From positions 1 to 64,000 of the forward strand of contig CAVQGX010000055.1 in the NCBI GenBank assembly GCA_963712115.1: a stretch of DNA of 64,000 nucleotides, given 5' to 3'. This document shows positions 20,992 to 30,309 of the stretch, in pieces (positions within the stretch are counted from its first letter, which is position 1; every line of letters starts with the position of its first letter). The translations under genes and the position numbers were made by a program. Source of the DNA: an uncultured delta proteobacterium. GTDB taxonomy: Bacteria > Desulfobacterota > Syntrophobacteria > BM002. A model generated the notes under the pieces. The model saw only the letters and a program-made list of their open reading frames with translations, was not told the origin of the DNA and made no database searches.

Positions 20992-21282
20992 TTAGTTCTC
21001 ACCGCATGCTGTCTGGTGCTCGCTGACTCCAGTTTTCTTAAACCAATCGTTGAAAATCGCCCAGGCACAGCCGACTCCAGCCCGCACGGTTACTGCCTCC
21101 GCCGGACAGTTCATGGTGCAGGCACCGCATTCCATGCAATCATTCTTGTCCAGGATTCGAATAGAACTACCGTCGAGGGCAAAAACCCCGTGAACGCATA
21201 CCTTAGTGCACATCCCACAGAGGGTGCACTTGTCAATATCTAACTCCAGAGTGACAACATCTCTTAAATATTGAAAACCCAT
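20992..21282 (-). CDS. hgcB: Mercury methylation ferredoxin HgcB
   Basis: CTLCGMCTKVC and CMECGACTMNCP, GVGC; immediately downstream of hgcA; GAGGAG RBS. Confidence 0.92.
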   Translation of the reverse strand: MGFQYLRDVVTLELDIDKCTLCGMCTKVCVHGVFALDGSSIRILDKNDCMECGACTMNCPAEAVTVRAGVGCAWAIFNDWFKKTGVSEHQTACGEN

Positions 21283-21290
21283 CTTACTCC

Positions 21291-22434
21291 TCACAAGAAC
21301 TTGTCAAGCATTAGTGCGACTCCGCCTGACACAATAAATAAGATAATCACTGGCACTGCAATGCGCATCTCTTTTTGGACACCAGAGAGTGAAGTAAAGG
21401 TACTGCAGCCGGTGAAGTTCATGGCAAAATATGCAGCTATGGCAGGAGCTATGAGAAAAAGGGCAATGATACTGCCCACGCTCCAGGTAGAAGCCAAAGT
21501 AAGACTAACTGCAAAGCGCCCACAAGAAACCAACCTGGGCTCCTTTCAAGGAGAAGGCTCTCCCGGGAATCCAGGGTAGAAGAATAGGGGTCACGAAGGA
21601 TCCCATGAGGAGTGCGCCCAGGTATATCAACGCAGGAGATAGGCTGCGTGAAAGTGCCCCCTGCAAACTAAAGTCTTGCCCGCTCAATCCTCCTATAACG
21701 AAGAGGAGGAGCAGGATGACTAAAGACGGCTTCCAGGCACCTACCAACTCCACAGGGGTTAAAATCAATCTATCCCGAAGGGTAAAATGAATCCGCCTGT
21801 TTTCCTCGCTGGCTTTCAGACCATTAACAAGAAATAAGGGTAAATCATGAGCCCGAATAGGGCCGTATTTAACCCTGAATCCGGTTGCCTTTTTTACTTG
21901 GTGTGCGGCCACACCGCTGGCTCCCAGTTGGGGCAGGATTATGGTCCTGTGTTTAACCAGTTTGTCCAACTGCACTTTTTGGACACGGCTTATGAGTTCA
22001 GCGGTGCCAAAAGTCCCCTTTCCGGCAGCACACCAGACGTTTATGCCAAAGGTTTCTAGGACCAGTAACCAGAGGTCCTTACCCGATAGCTCACGTCTGA
22101 GCAAATCGAAGCTCAGCTTGAAGTTTGCAGTAACCAAAACCGGAGATTCAGGCGTGGGGTGGCCAACAGCATAGAGTCCGGCGGGAACATTGTAATGCAT
22201 CCTCCGGATTCCCCATCTCACCCTGCAACCTCCCAGCTTGTCCCTGAAGCCCATATGAGTTGAAATGCGTGCCACTCTGCCTATAGGGGTCTCCATCCAA
22301 CCCCTGAACCAGGTAGCCTTTTCATCCACCACTTCCCCACCGGGGACGGTCTTTGGCCCTCAGCAGGGCTCCGCTGCCTTGCCCTCAACCGTGGAAATGC
22401 TGCACTGTTTGTTCAATAAGTCATTCGGTTGCAT
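21291..22434 (-). CDS. hgcA: Mercury methylation corrinoid protein HgcA, selenoprotein form (U25), with apparent +1 frameshift at ~21513-21515
   Basis: Cap-helix GINVWCAAGKGTFG; C-terminal TM part with MNFTGCSTFTSLSGVQKEM; in-frame extension MQPNDLL...EPC-TGA-GPKT from ATG 22434, which has a GGAG RBS. Confidence 0.92.
22334..22346 (-). promoter_or_regulatory. SECIS-like hairpin of hgcA
   Basis: TCCCC-GGT-GGGGA stem-loop beginning about 13 nt 3' of the in-frame TGA (22362-22360). Confidence 0.65.
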
Positions 22435-22513
22435 GGTCTTTTACTCCATGTCCTATACCCACTAGAACCGTTAAAGAAACCAGGTACTGCCAGCCTTTTC
22501 ATAATGATACGTT

Positions 22514-22540
22514 ATTATAACAGATAATTCCTATTTGCAA
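22514..22540 (-). promoter_or_regulatory. Putative sigma70 promoter of hgcA (extended -10)
   Basis: TTGCAA ... TGT-TATAAT on the minus strand about 80 nt before the ATG; spacer is only 15 nt. Confidence 0.4.
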
Positions 22541-22747
22541 CGTGGGAATAGGTGATCTGAGATTTTAGATTTCAGATTGCAGATTTGAGGAGGCATAGAG
22601 CATAGAGGAAGGAGCCAGGAGTCAGGAGTCAGAATTCAGGAGAAAAGCAATCAAGAGCGATTCCCTCTCAACTACTTGCTACTCGATATGAGATTTGAGA
22701 TTGCAGGTTTCAGCCCTTGCGTTTCATCTGCTGACACCTGATATCTT

Positions 22748-25700
22748 TCACATGACACATCTCATGTCACTCATCTCTGAATCCTCATCAAGAATCTCTC
22801 GGATCGTCTCGAGCAGGTGACTTACATCAAATGGCTTGCCAACAAAACCCTTGGCCCCGGCTTCTATGGCTGCTTTACCGGGCCCGTTAGCAGAATAACC
22901 GCTGACTATAAGGATCTTCGCCTTTGGGTTTATTTTGAGTATCTCTTCGTAACATTTCTTACCGCCCATACCAGGTATCACCAGATCCAAAATGATCAAA
23001 TCAATCTTTTCTTGCTCCTTGCGATAGAGCTCCAGACCCCCTTCTCCATCAGTTGCTGTAAGGACCTTGTAGCCCGCGTCTGTGAGCAGCTCTACCCCCA
23101 ATTCCCTGATATACTCTTCGTCGTCCACCAGCAAAATGGTCTCGTCTCCTCCCTTGAAAAGATCTTCCATCTCATCTGGCTTTTGCCTTTGTCCACTTTG
23201 CTCCATGGCAGGGAGATAGATTTTGAATGTGGTCCCCGTACTGAGTTCGCTATAGCAAAGAATATAACCTTCATGGTTCTTGATGATGCCATAGACCATG
23301 GCCAATCCCAATCCTGTACCTTTCCCCACATCTTTGGTTGTATAGAAAGGCTCGAAAACATGCTCCAGGATTTCTCGGTCCATGCCATGCCCGGTGTCCG
23401 AAATGCTCAACAGAACATACTCGCCGGGTCTTGCTCCCAAGTGGGTTTTGCAGAATTGCTCATCGAGCCTAACTCTTTCGGTCTCAATGACGATTTTTCC
23501 TCCCTCGGGCATGGCGTCCTTGGCATTTACCGCCAAATTCATAATCGCCTGTTCCACCTGAATGGGATCGGCACTCACTACTGCCGGGCATTCACTCAAG
23601 TAGAGTTCAATCTCTATCATTTTGGGAATAGTGCGCTCCAAGAGCTTCTTTACCTGCTCTACCTCCCGGTTAAGGTCTAGAGGCCTCCTTTCGCTTTGTA
23701 CCTTGCGACTGAAGGTAAGCAACTGCCTGGTCAGCTCAGCCCCTCTCTTGGAAGAGCGGTGGATTTTTTGCAAAGCTTCAAAACTGGACTTATTTCGACC
23801 TACTTCGTTCTGCAATACTTCGGTATAGCCCTGAATAACCTGAAGCAAATTATTGAAATCGTGAGCAATCCCCCCAGCCAAGGTACCTACGGCTTCCATC
23901 TTCTGGGCTTGAAATAGTTGGGCCTCGAGGGCGACTTCCTGGGTCACATCGCGATTCACCGATACAAAGTTAGCAATGACTCCGCTCTTGTCTCTTATAG
24001 GAGAAATTGTTGTCTCAAATTGGCGCAGTGACCCATCCTTCATCCTGTTGCTTATCCTGCCGGCCCACGCCGTGCCACTTTTGATCGTCTTCCACATTTC
24101 TCGATAAAAAACCTCGTCGTGTCTGTCACTTTTGAGAATGCGGAAATTCTTGCCTACTATATCCTCACTGCTATAGCCGCTAAGCCGTTCGAAAGCAGGG
24201 TTGACGTAGTGGATGGTTCCTCTTCTGTCCGAGATGATGACGCTTTCAGCCGCCTGCTCCACCGCTGTTGCCAGACGAATGCGTTCTTCCACCGCCTGCT
24301 TGCCTTCGGTTATGTCCAGAATCATTCCAGATATGACATCTCCTTCCAGCACCCCGGTCAAGATCACATTCTTCACAGCGCCGCTCTTGGTTAGCAGGTC
24401 CACCTCAAAGTGATTGATTTTACCTGTTCTCTTGAGGGTTTTGATAAAAATGTCGCGTTCATCCAGGTTACTGTACCTGGCAAGGACACCAACTGATTTC
24501 ATGTCCTCGTAAGACTCGAATCCCATCATCTTAATTAGAGCTTCATTGGCATAGAGAACATTGCCTTCCAGGTCGGTTTTATAGATGCCGACAAGGGCAT
24601 TATCCACAAGATTTCTGTATTGTTTCTCCGATTCTCTCAGCGCCTCTTCCCTACGCCTGCGCTCAGTAATATCTTTGTAAATTGCATACACGCCAACCTG
24701 CTCGCCATTGAAAGTTATGGGGTACCCCAATATGGAAACATCAACTAAGGTGCCGTCCTTGCGTCTTCGCACAGTGTCCCTTGTCACAACCTGACACTCT
24801 AGAGTTCTCTGGGTCAGAGCTCTGGCTTCATCACGAAGATCTTCGCCAACTACTAAGTCATTGATGTATTTTCCTTTAATCTCCTCAATAGAATAGTCGA
24901 ATAGCTTTTCGAACTCTGTGTTTACGTCAACAATCCTATCCTCTTTATCCAGGATTACGCTCGCTTCCGGAGAGTTCTCGAAGAGATGTTGAAAATATGT
25001 CTTTTGGAGACTCAGCTCCCCCTCAGCGCGTTTGCGCTCTTCAATTTCCAGCTTGAGTTGTTCGTTTGCCCGCACTAATTCAGAGGTACGGTCTGCTACG
25101 CTTCTCTCGAGCTCGCAGTGAGTTTTCCGTAGTGATTCCTCCGCCTGCTTGCTCTCAGTAACGTCACGGAGAATAACTATGTTACCGGCGGGATGTCCGT
25201 CACGATCCAGAAAGAGAGAGGTGCTCAGTTGAATGTCCAGCAACCTGCCTCCTTTCGTTAACCGCCTAGTCTCGAACAATTGTACATTCTCCCCCCGAAG
25301 CATTCGGTCTATTGATTCCTTTGTCTCTTTCCAATTTTCTTCGGGGACAAAATCTATACGCTTGCCTTTAAGTTCATCAAAGGACCAGCCAAATGTTTGG
25401 CTAAAGGCTGGATTTACATAAGATACCTTTCCTTCCATATCATAGACCACAAGGGGGTCAGACGATGCTTGCAGGAGGGAACGATGGCGCTGCTCGCTTT
25501 CAAACAATTCGGCAGAGCGCTCAATAACCCGTTCCTCCAGTTCTTCGTTGAGTTTTCTTATTTCCTCATCGGATTTATTGCGTTCGCTGACGTCACGAAT
25601 GATGGCTTTTTCCCATTCTCTGTAAAGGAGGATGACCAAGGCCATGATCAGGAAGATCACACTCAAGCTTGAGGTTGAGCCCATGAGGGAGTAGGAGAGA

Positions 25701-25768
25701 TAGCCGCCAGCTGAAGCGGTGAGTAAGGCCAATAAAGTTAAAACTAACAAAACCGTCCTGAGTTTCAT
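22748..25768 (-). CDS. Membrane-anchored multi-PAS hybrid histidine kinase/receiver
   Basis: Two N-terminal TMs, four PAS domains, GIAHDFNN H-box, GKGTGLGL, C-terminal REC. Confidence 0.92.
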   Translation of the reverse strand: MKLRTVLLVLTLLALLTASAGGYLSYSLMGSTSSLSVIFLIMALVILLYREWEKAIIRDVSERNKSDEEIRKLNEELEERVIERSAELFESEQRHRSLLQASSDPLVVYDMEGKVSYVNPAFSQTFGWSFDELKGKRIDFVPEENWKETKESIDRMLRGENVQLFETRRLTKGGRLLDIQLSTSLFLDRDGHPAGNIVILRDVTESKQAEESLRKTHCELERSVADRTSELVRANEQLKLEIEERKRAEGELSLQKTYFQHLFENSPEASVILDKEDRIVDVNTEFEKLFDYSIEEIKGKYINDLVVGEDLRDEARALTQRTLECQVVTRDTVRRRKDGTLVDVSILGYPITFNGEQVGVYAIYKDITERRRREEALRESEKQYRNLVDNALVGIYKTDLEGNVLYANEALIKMMGFESYEDMKSVGVLARYSNLDERDIFIKTLKRTGKINHFEVDLLTKSGAVKNVILTGVLEGDVISGMILDITEGKQAVEERIRLATAVEQAAESVIISDRRGTIHYVNPAFERLSGYSSEDIVGKNFRILKSDRHDEVFYREMWKTIKSGTAWAGRISNRMKDGSLRQFETTISPIRDKSGVIANFVSVNRDVTQEVALEAQLFQAQKMEAVGTLAGGIAHDFNNLLQVIQGYTEVLQNEVGRNKSSFEALQKIHRSSKRGAELTRQLLTFSRKVQSERRPLDLNREVEQVKKLLERTIPKMIEIELYLSECPAVVSADPIQVEQAIMNLAVNAKDAMPEGGKIVIETERVRLDEQFCKTHLGARPGEYVLLSISDTGHGMDREILEHVFEPFYTTKDVGKGTGLGLAMVYGIIKNHEGYILCYSELSTGTTFKIYLPAMEQSGQRQKPDEMEDLFKGGDETILLVDDEEYIRELGVELLTDAGYKVLTATDGEGGLELYRKEQEKIDLIILDLVIPGMGGKKCYEEILKINPKAKILIVSGYSANGPGKAAIEAGAKGFVGKPFDVSHLLETIREILDEDSEMSDMRCVM

Positions 25769-25892
25769 CGCAAACTTTCACCCCTGCAATGAGGCCAAGG
25801 GTATCTCTTCGTAACCCCAGTAATGATCGTGGGATCACTTAGCTTGTGGCAGTAAATTTTGATATCTCAAGGAGAGACTTACCATTGAGGCG

Positions 25893-25908
25893 AGCACAAA
25901 TCATGCCA
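25893..25908 (-). promoter_or_regulatory. sigma54-like promoter
   Basis: TGGCAT-GATTT-GTGCT about 125 nt upstream of the kinase. Confidence 0.5.
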
Positions 25909-25964
25909 AAGAGGATACTTACCTACGGTAAAGAATCCGCGCACCAGAGATGCGGATTCTTATT

Positions 25965-26056
25965 GGAGTAATGGAGCGGTGGAGTGTTGGAGTATTGCTA
26001 GTTGTGAACTTCTATTCTTTCCCAATACTCCATTACTCCATTACTCCAGTACTCCA
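25965..26056. repeat. Octamer inverted-repeat element (GGAGTAAT/GGAGTATT ... TACTCCA)
   Basis: Similar copies at ~31654-31763 and 54238-54344; partial copies at ~53752-53887 and 60568-60590. Confidence 0.8.
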
Positions 26057-26064
26057 AAAAAACA

Positions 26065-26100
26065 AAGACCCCATCCTCCAAGTCGGAGAACGGGGTCTTC
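26065..26100 (-). terminator. Intrinsic terminator after the octaheme gene
   Basis: AAGACCCC...GGGGTCTT stem followed by a T-rich run on the minus strand. Confidence 0.6.
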
Positions 26101-26135
26101 TGGTTAACGAGATGTTGCCAGTTAGTTATGGGAAC

Positions 26136-27533
26136 TTATTTGTACTTGTCAAAGACCTCGGCAGGCCTAGTGGTATTGCCTGTGGCATTGGGAAAGTCGG
26201 TAGCCACGTAAGCCTTCGTGTTGTGCTCGATCAGATCACGGGATTTTTCCATGAATCTGCTGAACCGTTTTTTGCACTCATAAAAACCATGCCACCAGGC
26301 ATAGTCCGGTGCCATCATGGCCGCGCCAAATCGAGCTCTACGGCCCTCGTGGTGCCACAGCTCGTAGTACTCCACTTCAAGTTCTTCATCGAAGAACTTG
26401 GTCTTGTCAAGGAGACCTTTCTCGTAAAGTTCATCGAGCATCTTCTTTGCTGGTTTGAAATAGACCTCGTTATACTCGACGTTAATCTTATCGTACTTGA
26501 CGAAATGGTCATCCACCCAGACCTTGCCGTGACACTGCTTGCAGACCTCTTTCATCTTCTCCCGTTCAACCTCATGGTTGACCTTGGCGGGGAAGGGCTT
26601 GAAGTCTTCCGGCCTAATCGACAATGGGGCTTGAGACTCCCAGGCCAGCCTCTCGGTCACATCGTGACTGGTGAGCACCGTTCCGGCACCAGACATGTGA
26701 CAGGCGGCGCAGGTCGGTCCTCGAAAGTCAACACCAGCAGACCAGGTTCCCGGTGCAGCATTCCAGTTATACTCATCACCGAAGGCCGTATAAATATCAC
26801 CATGTTTCGATTCCATGTAAATCTCGATCTGGGGATGATCCGGCCCCAGGTGACATTGACCACAGGCCTCCGGCTTCCTGGCTTCCATCACTGAAAACCG
26901 GTGCCGGGTATGGCAACTGGTGCAGCTCCCCAAGCTGCCATCCATATTTACCCGTCCTACACCCACATTGGGCCAGGTCTCGGGATCCAGCTTGCCGTCT
27001 TTCGTATGCTTGACCACTGTGCCATGGCAGTGGAAACAGCCAGTGGCACGCTCAAAATCACTGTTCATGCCCAATTTTAGCCAGGGATCAATCTGCCAAA
27101 TTATGTACTGAGTGTTGGCGTGCTTGCTCCTGGCATACTGCTTGGCCTCATCAGGGTGGCAACGGGAACAATCTTTAGGTGTGACCACCGCAGCCACCGG
27201 AACCCGGTAATCTTTACTGCCGTACTTCATATCACGCCGCTCGTACTGCTTGTAATGTTCCTTGCTCACATCTGGATCGAAAGACTCCGCTTTGTGGCAG
27301 TCGTAGCAAGTAACGTTGGCGCTGGCATGTCGGCTGTTGGCCCAATCACCAAAGATGCCGGGATGTTCGGCCTTGTGGCATTCGATGCACGCTACCGCCT
27401 CCTTGGGCATACTGCGCTCTAGCCTGAATTCCTTGACCTTAGGAACATTCTGGGCCTGGGCTACGACACTGCCCAAAACAAGAGGGCCCATTATCCCTGC
27501 AACCAAAGCTGAAGCAATCAGGTACCTTCTCAC
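26136..27533 (-). CDS. Octaheme cytochrome c, HAO family (probably reductive, epsilon-Hao-like)
   Basis: Signal peptide, 8 CxxCH, CHLGPDHPQIEIY, PDYAWWHG. Confidence 0.88.
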   Translation of the reverse strand: MRRYLIASALVAGIMGPLVLGSVVAQAQNVPKVKEFRLERSMPKEAVACIECHKAEHPGIFGDWANSRHASANVTCYDCHKAESFDPDVSKEHYKQYERRDMKYGSKDYRVPVAAVVTPKDCSRCHPDEAKQYARSKHANTQYIIWQIDPWLKLGMNSDFERATGCFHCHGTVVKHTKDGKLDPETWPNVGVGRVNMDGSLGSCTSCHTRHRFSVMEARKPEACGQCHLGPDHPQIEIYMESKHGDIYTAFGDEYNWNAAPGTWSAGVDFRGPTCAACHMSGAGTVLTSHDVTERLAWESQAPLSIRPEDFKPFPAKVNHEVEREKMKEVCKQCHGKVWVDDHFVKYDKINVEYNEVYFKPAKKMLDELYEKGLLDKTKFFDEELEVEYYELWHHEGRRARFGAAMMAPDYAWWHGFYECKKRFSRFMEKSRDLIEHNTKAYVATDFPNATGNTTRPAEVFDKYK

Positions 27534-27608
27534 TTCTTCACCCCCTTTCTAGCGTAACCTAGAGCATTAATGCGCACTCCAGGCAAATTCGGATATTTTA
27601 ACCACTGC

Positions 27609-28175
27609 TTACGAGCCTAAACCACGGTAAGTGTCTCCGTATTGTTTGTAATCGTAAAACTCTCTGGGGTTGTGAACCAGGTTCTTATGACAATCTACGC
27701 ATTTCTTCTCATAACCCGGCCTGGCATAGACCACGTCACGGTGAGCAAGCATAGCACCACGTTTGTTTGGAATGAAAAGGAGATTACGATGGCATTTCTG
27801 GCACTGGTCATTCCTAAAAGAGGCATAGGCCTTCTGCCGCTGCTCTGCGTGGTCATATTCGCTCTGGAAAAAATGGACGAGGACGTCCTTGGCACCGTGA
27901 AAGGTTTTGGCATAGAAAAAGTCAAAGGTGTCGTGCGGAGCCGGCAGATGGCAATCCATGCAGTCGGCCACAAATCCCTGTTCATTGTTCACATGAGTGG
28001 AGGTCTTCCAGGTGTTGTAGGCAAATTGAATCTCGTGGCAGGTGGCACAAAATTGGGGCGTGGTTGTGCGTACCATGGTGTAATAGGTGAGACTGAATAA
28101 TGGAAAAGCGATAATCATACCGATGAAGATGAACATGGTGGGCTTGATGAACTTTTTCATGGTTCCGTCCCTCAA
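27609..28175 (-). CDS. NapC/NirT family tetraheme quinol dehydrogenase
   Basis: N-terminal TM, 4 CxxCH (FCATCHE, CMDCHLP, CQKCH, CVDCH). Confidence 0.9.
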   Translation of the reverse strand: MRDGTMKKFIKPTMFIFIGMIIAFPLFSLTYYTMVRTTTPQFCATCHEIQFAYNTWKTSTHVNNEQGFVADCMDCHLPAPHDTFDFFYAKTFHGAKDVLVHFFQSEYDHAEQRQKAYASFRNDQCQKCHRNLLFIPNKRGAMLAHRDVVYARPGYEKKCVDCHKNLVHNPREFYDYKQYGDTYRGLGS

Positions 28176-28626
28176 TAGGATTTTAGGTTAGGTCCTTTGA
28201 GTTTTGTCTACCACCAATTAAGTTAAGCTCATAGATCGCGCCCTGTAAACTCGCGGCACATTTTTCAGAATAGTTACTGTATATAAGAGAGTAGTTGTTT
28301 ATGAATAGATATGGAATCGCTAGTATCTATTAACTCAAACCGAATGACGCGTAATTGTCAAGATGTCAGTGTGAAAAAAATTATCAAATTTTCCTTCGCA
28401 GCTTCACCATACCACCCGGCCGACGATTGCGGAACGCGGATTGCGGAATGCGGAATAAAAATTTACTCAAAAGCTCGTGAGAATCAGAGAACAAATGGCA
28501 AAATCCGAGATCCGAAATCGAAGCCGAGGCGTACCTGAATGGTACGTCGCAAGGGTCTACACCCGAGGAGGCACGGAAGGAGGGCCATATCCGTGGTCGC
28601 AGTAAGCGATTCGTGGAACATCCGGG

Positions 28627-29658
28627 CTATGTCCCCGACAGGTTCATTTTTTCCCGTAGCCGCTGGGAAAGCTTTATGGTTGTCTGAAAAGCCTTCTCCA
28701 CGGTTTTCTCGCCGTCAGGATTTACCAGACAGCAGGTGGCGGGGGAGAGCATACTCCGAGACAGAAGAAATTGACGATCAATCCCTTTATTCGCCAGGGT
28801 AGTCCAGATCTCCTCAAGCCGCTTCTCCAGGCTGTCGAGATTCTCTTGCTCAAATGGTTCAAAATTGCTGGGGATTATTCCCCACACCAGCCTTCCCCCT
28901 CGATCCAGAAACTTCCGGATCGATCCTGCGTATTGGGCGAAGACCTCACCATTGCTGTAGACATCCAAAGAAAGAACGTCCATATCCAGCCCGAGGAGAA
29001 AGTCCCAATCAGGATTACCGCAAAGGTGCACTCCCCGGGGTCTTTCTATCATGGCGAAGAAGTTCTCCATGTCACCCCGTGCCGCCAGGTCCCCGTAACC
29101 TGCCATAGCACTGAAAAGGAATTGAAGACCAGGCTCGTCGACAAACATGAAGGCGTTGGGATTTAATTGCTTTAGGCGCTGCAATTGCACATTCACCCTT
29201 TTAGCCATAAACTCCATGAGAAACGGCCGGACGGTATCATTAAAAAGGATAGGCCGATCGTCCTGGTCCACCACGTTAAAACCGAAACTGATGGGCCCCT
29301 CGATTTGCCCCCTTATCGCCGGCCGATGGGAGAAATCCATCTGCAAGAACCTGTGGTACACCACGGAGTACTGCTCACTGATATCAAAATATTCCGGCTT
29401 GTCAAAATGAGCCATAGTATCTTCGAATTCGGCGATGAATTTTTCCATGGAAAAGCGCAAAGTACGTTTTTCCATATCCAGAAGGATTCCGGGAAAGTGC
29501 TCCGAGGCCTGAACATACATGTCCTCGTAATAGTTGACATGGGGTAGTTGCGGCCAGAAGGGTACATCCAAGGAAAGAGCCACCTCCAGGGCTCGATCTA
29601 CATCCCTGTGGGGCATTACGGCCATGGCCGTAGTTAGCAGGTTTCCTGGGATAGGCAT
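28627..29658 (-). CDS. Core-MetE-like (folate-independent methionine synthase type) protein
   Basis: FWPQLP, DEP, HLC zinc motif, WGIIP, SPATCC; single-barrel size of 343 aa. Confidence 0.65.
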   Translation of the reverse strand: MPIPGNLLTTAMAVMPHRDVDRALEVALSLDVPFWPQLPHVNYYEDMYVQASEHFPGILLDMEKRTLRFSMEKFIAEFEDTMAHFDKPEYFDISEQYSVVYHRFLQMDFSHRPAIRGQIEGPISFGFNVVDQDDRPILFNDTVRPFLMEFMAKRVNVQLQRLKQLNPNAFMFVDEPGLQFLFSAMAGYGDLAARGDMENFFAMIERPRGVHLCGNPDWDFLLGLDMDVLSLDVYSNGEVFAQYAGSIRKFLDRGGRLVWGIIPSNFEPFEQENLDSLEKRLEEIWTTLANKGIDRQFLLSRSMLSPATCCLVNPDGEKTVEKAFQTTIKLSQRLREKMNLSGT

Positions 29659-29852
29659 AGTTCATCCTCTATCAGAATTCATATCTCAAATTCAGGAGCC
29701 AGGAGGCAGGAGTCAATGGTAAACGGTAAATCGTTATAAAGCATCCAATCCCTTAATTCCTCAATCCCACATCCGCAATCATCTACTCTATGCTTTTTCG
29801 CTATGCGCTATGCGCTTTGCGCTCTGCGACCCTCAATCCGAAATCCGAAATT

Positions 29853-30296
29853 TCACTTCTTCTTTTCTCTCTCCTCCAGTTCGGCCAAACGCTTCTTGAG
29901 TTCCTTCTGTTTCAGAAAGCGTTCAGTGACATCGCGGATAATGGCGGCTGTGCCCAGGGGTTCACCTGAGTCATTGGTCACCAAGACTATGGTAAATTCA
30001 ATGGAAATGCGGTTGTCGTCCTTGGTAATTGCGGGTACCGCCAGGGTTTCCTTACCGTATTTTGTCTTCGCGGTTGCCATCACCTTGCGGTAGCCCTCCC
30101 AGTGCCTCTTCCGTAACTTCTCCGGCACAATGAGATCGAGGCTCTGACCTAAGGCCTCTTCCGCCGGGTAACCAAAGATAGCCTCAGCACCATCGTTCCA
30201 GAGTCTAATGATGCCCTCTTCATCAGCGAATATTATCGCATCTGCTGCCTTGTCGACTATCTGTCGGCTCAACCATTCTTGGGTATATGCAGTCAT
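29853..30296 (-). CDS. Stand-alone PAS domain protein
   Basis: DAIIFADEEGIIRLWNDGAEAIFGY, AIIRDVTER. Confidence 0.85.
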   Translation of the reverse strand: MTAYTQEWLSRQIVDKAADAIIFADEEGIIRLWNDGAEAIFGYPAEEALGQSLDLIVPEKLRKRHWEGYRKVMATAKTKYGKETLAVPAITKDDNRISIEFTIVLVTNDSGEPLGTAAIIRDVTERFLKQKELKKRLAELEEREKKK

Positions 30297-30309
30297 TGGG
30301 GTATTCCTC

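Noticed and set aside
21505-22332. CFeSP gamma subunit (acsC/cdhE) instead of hgcA
   Set aside because: It has NVWCAAGK, a C-terminal TM domain and an adjacent hgcB with CMECGAC.
26136-27533. Oxidative HAO implying ammonia oxidation or anammox
   Set aside because: No amo or hzs genes, a reductive nar/hcp context, and a Trp-rich motif in the region where the cross-link Tyr is expected.
28520-28626. Structured spacer as an ncRNA or riboswitch
   Set aside because: No recognisable family motif; more likely another dispersed repeat, but only one copy is present here.
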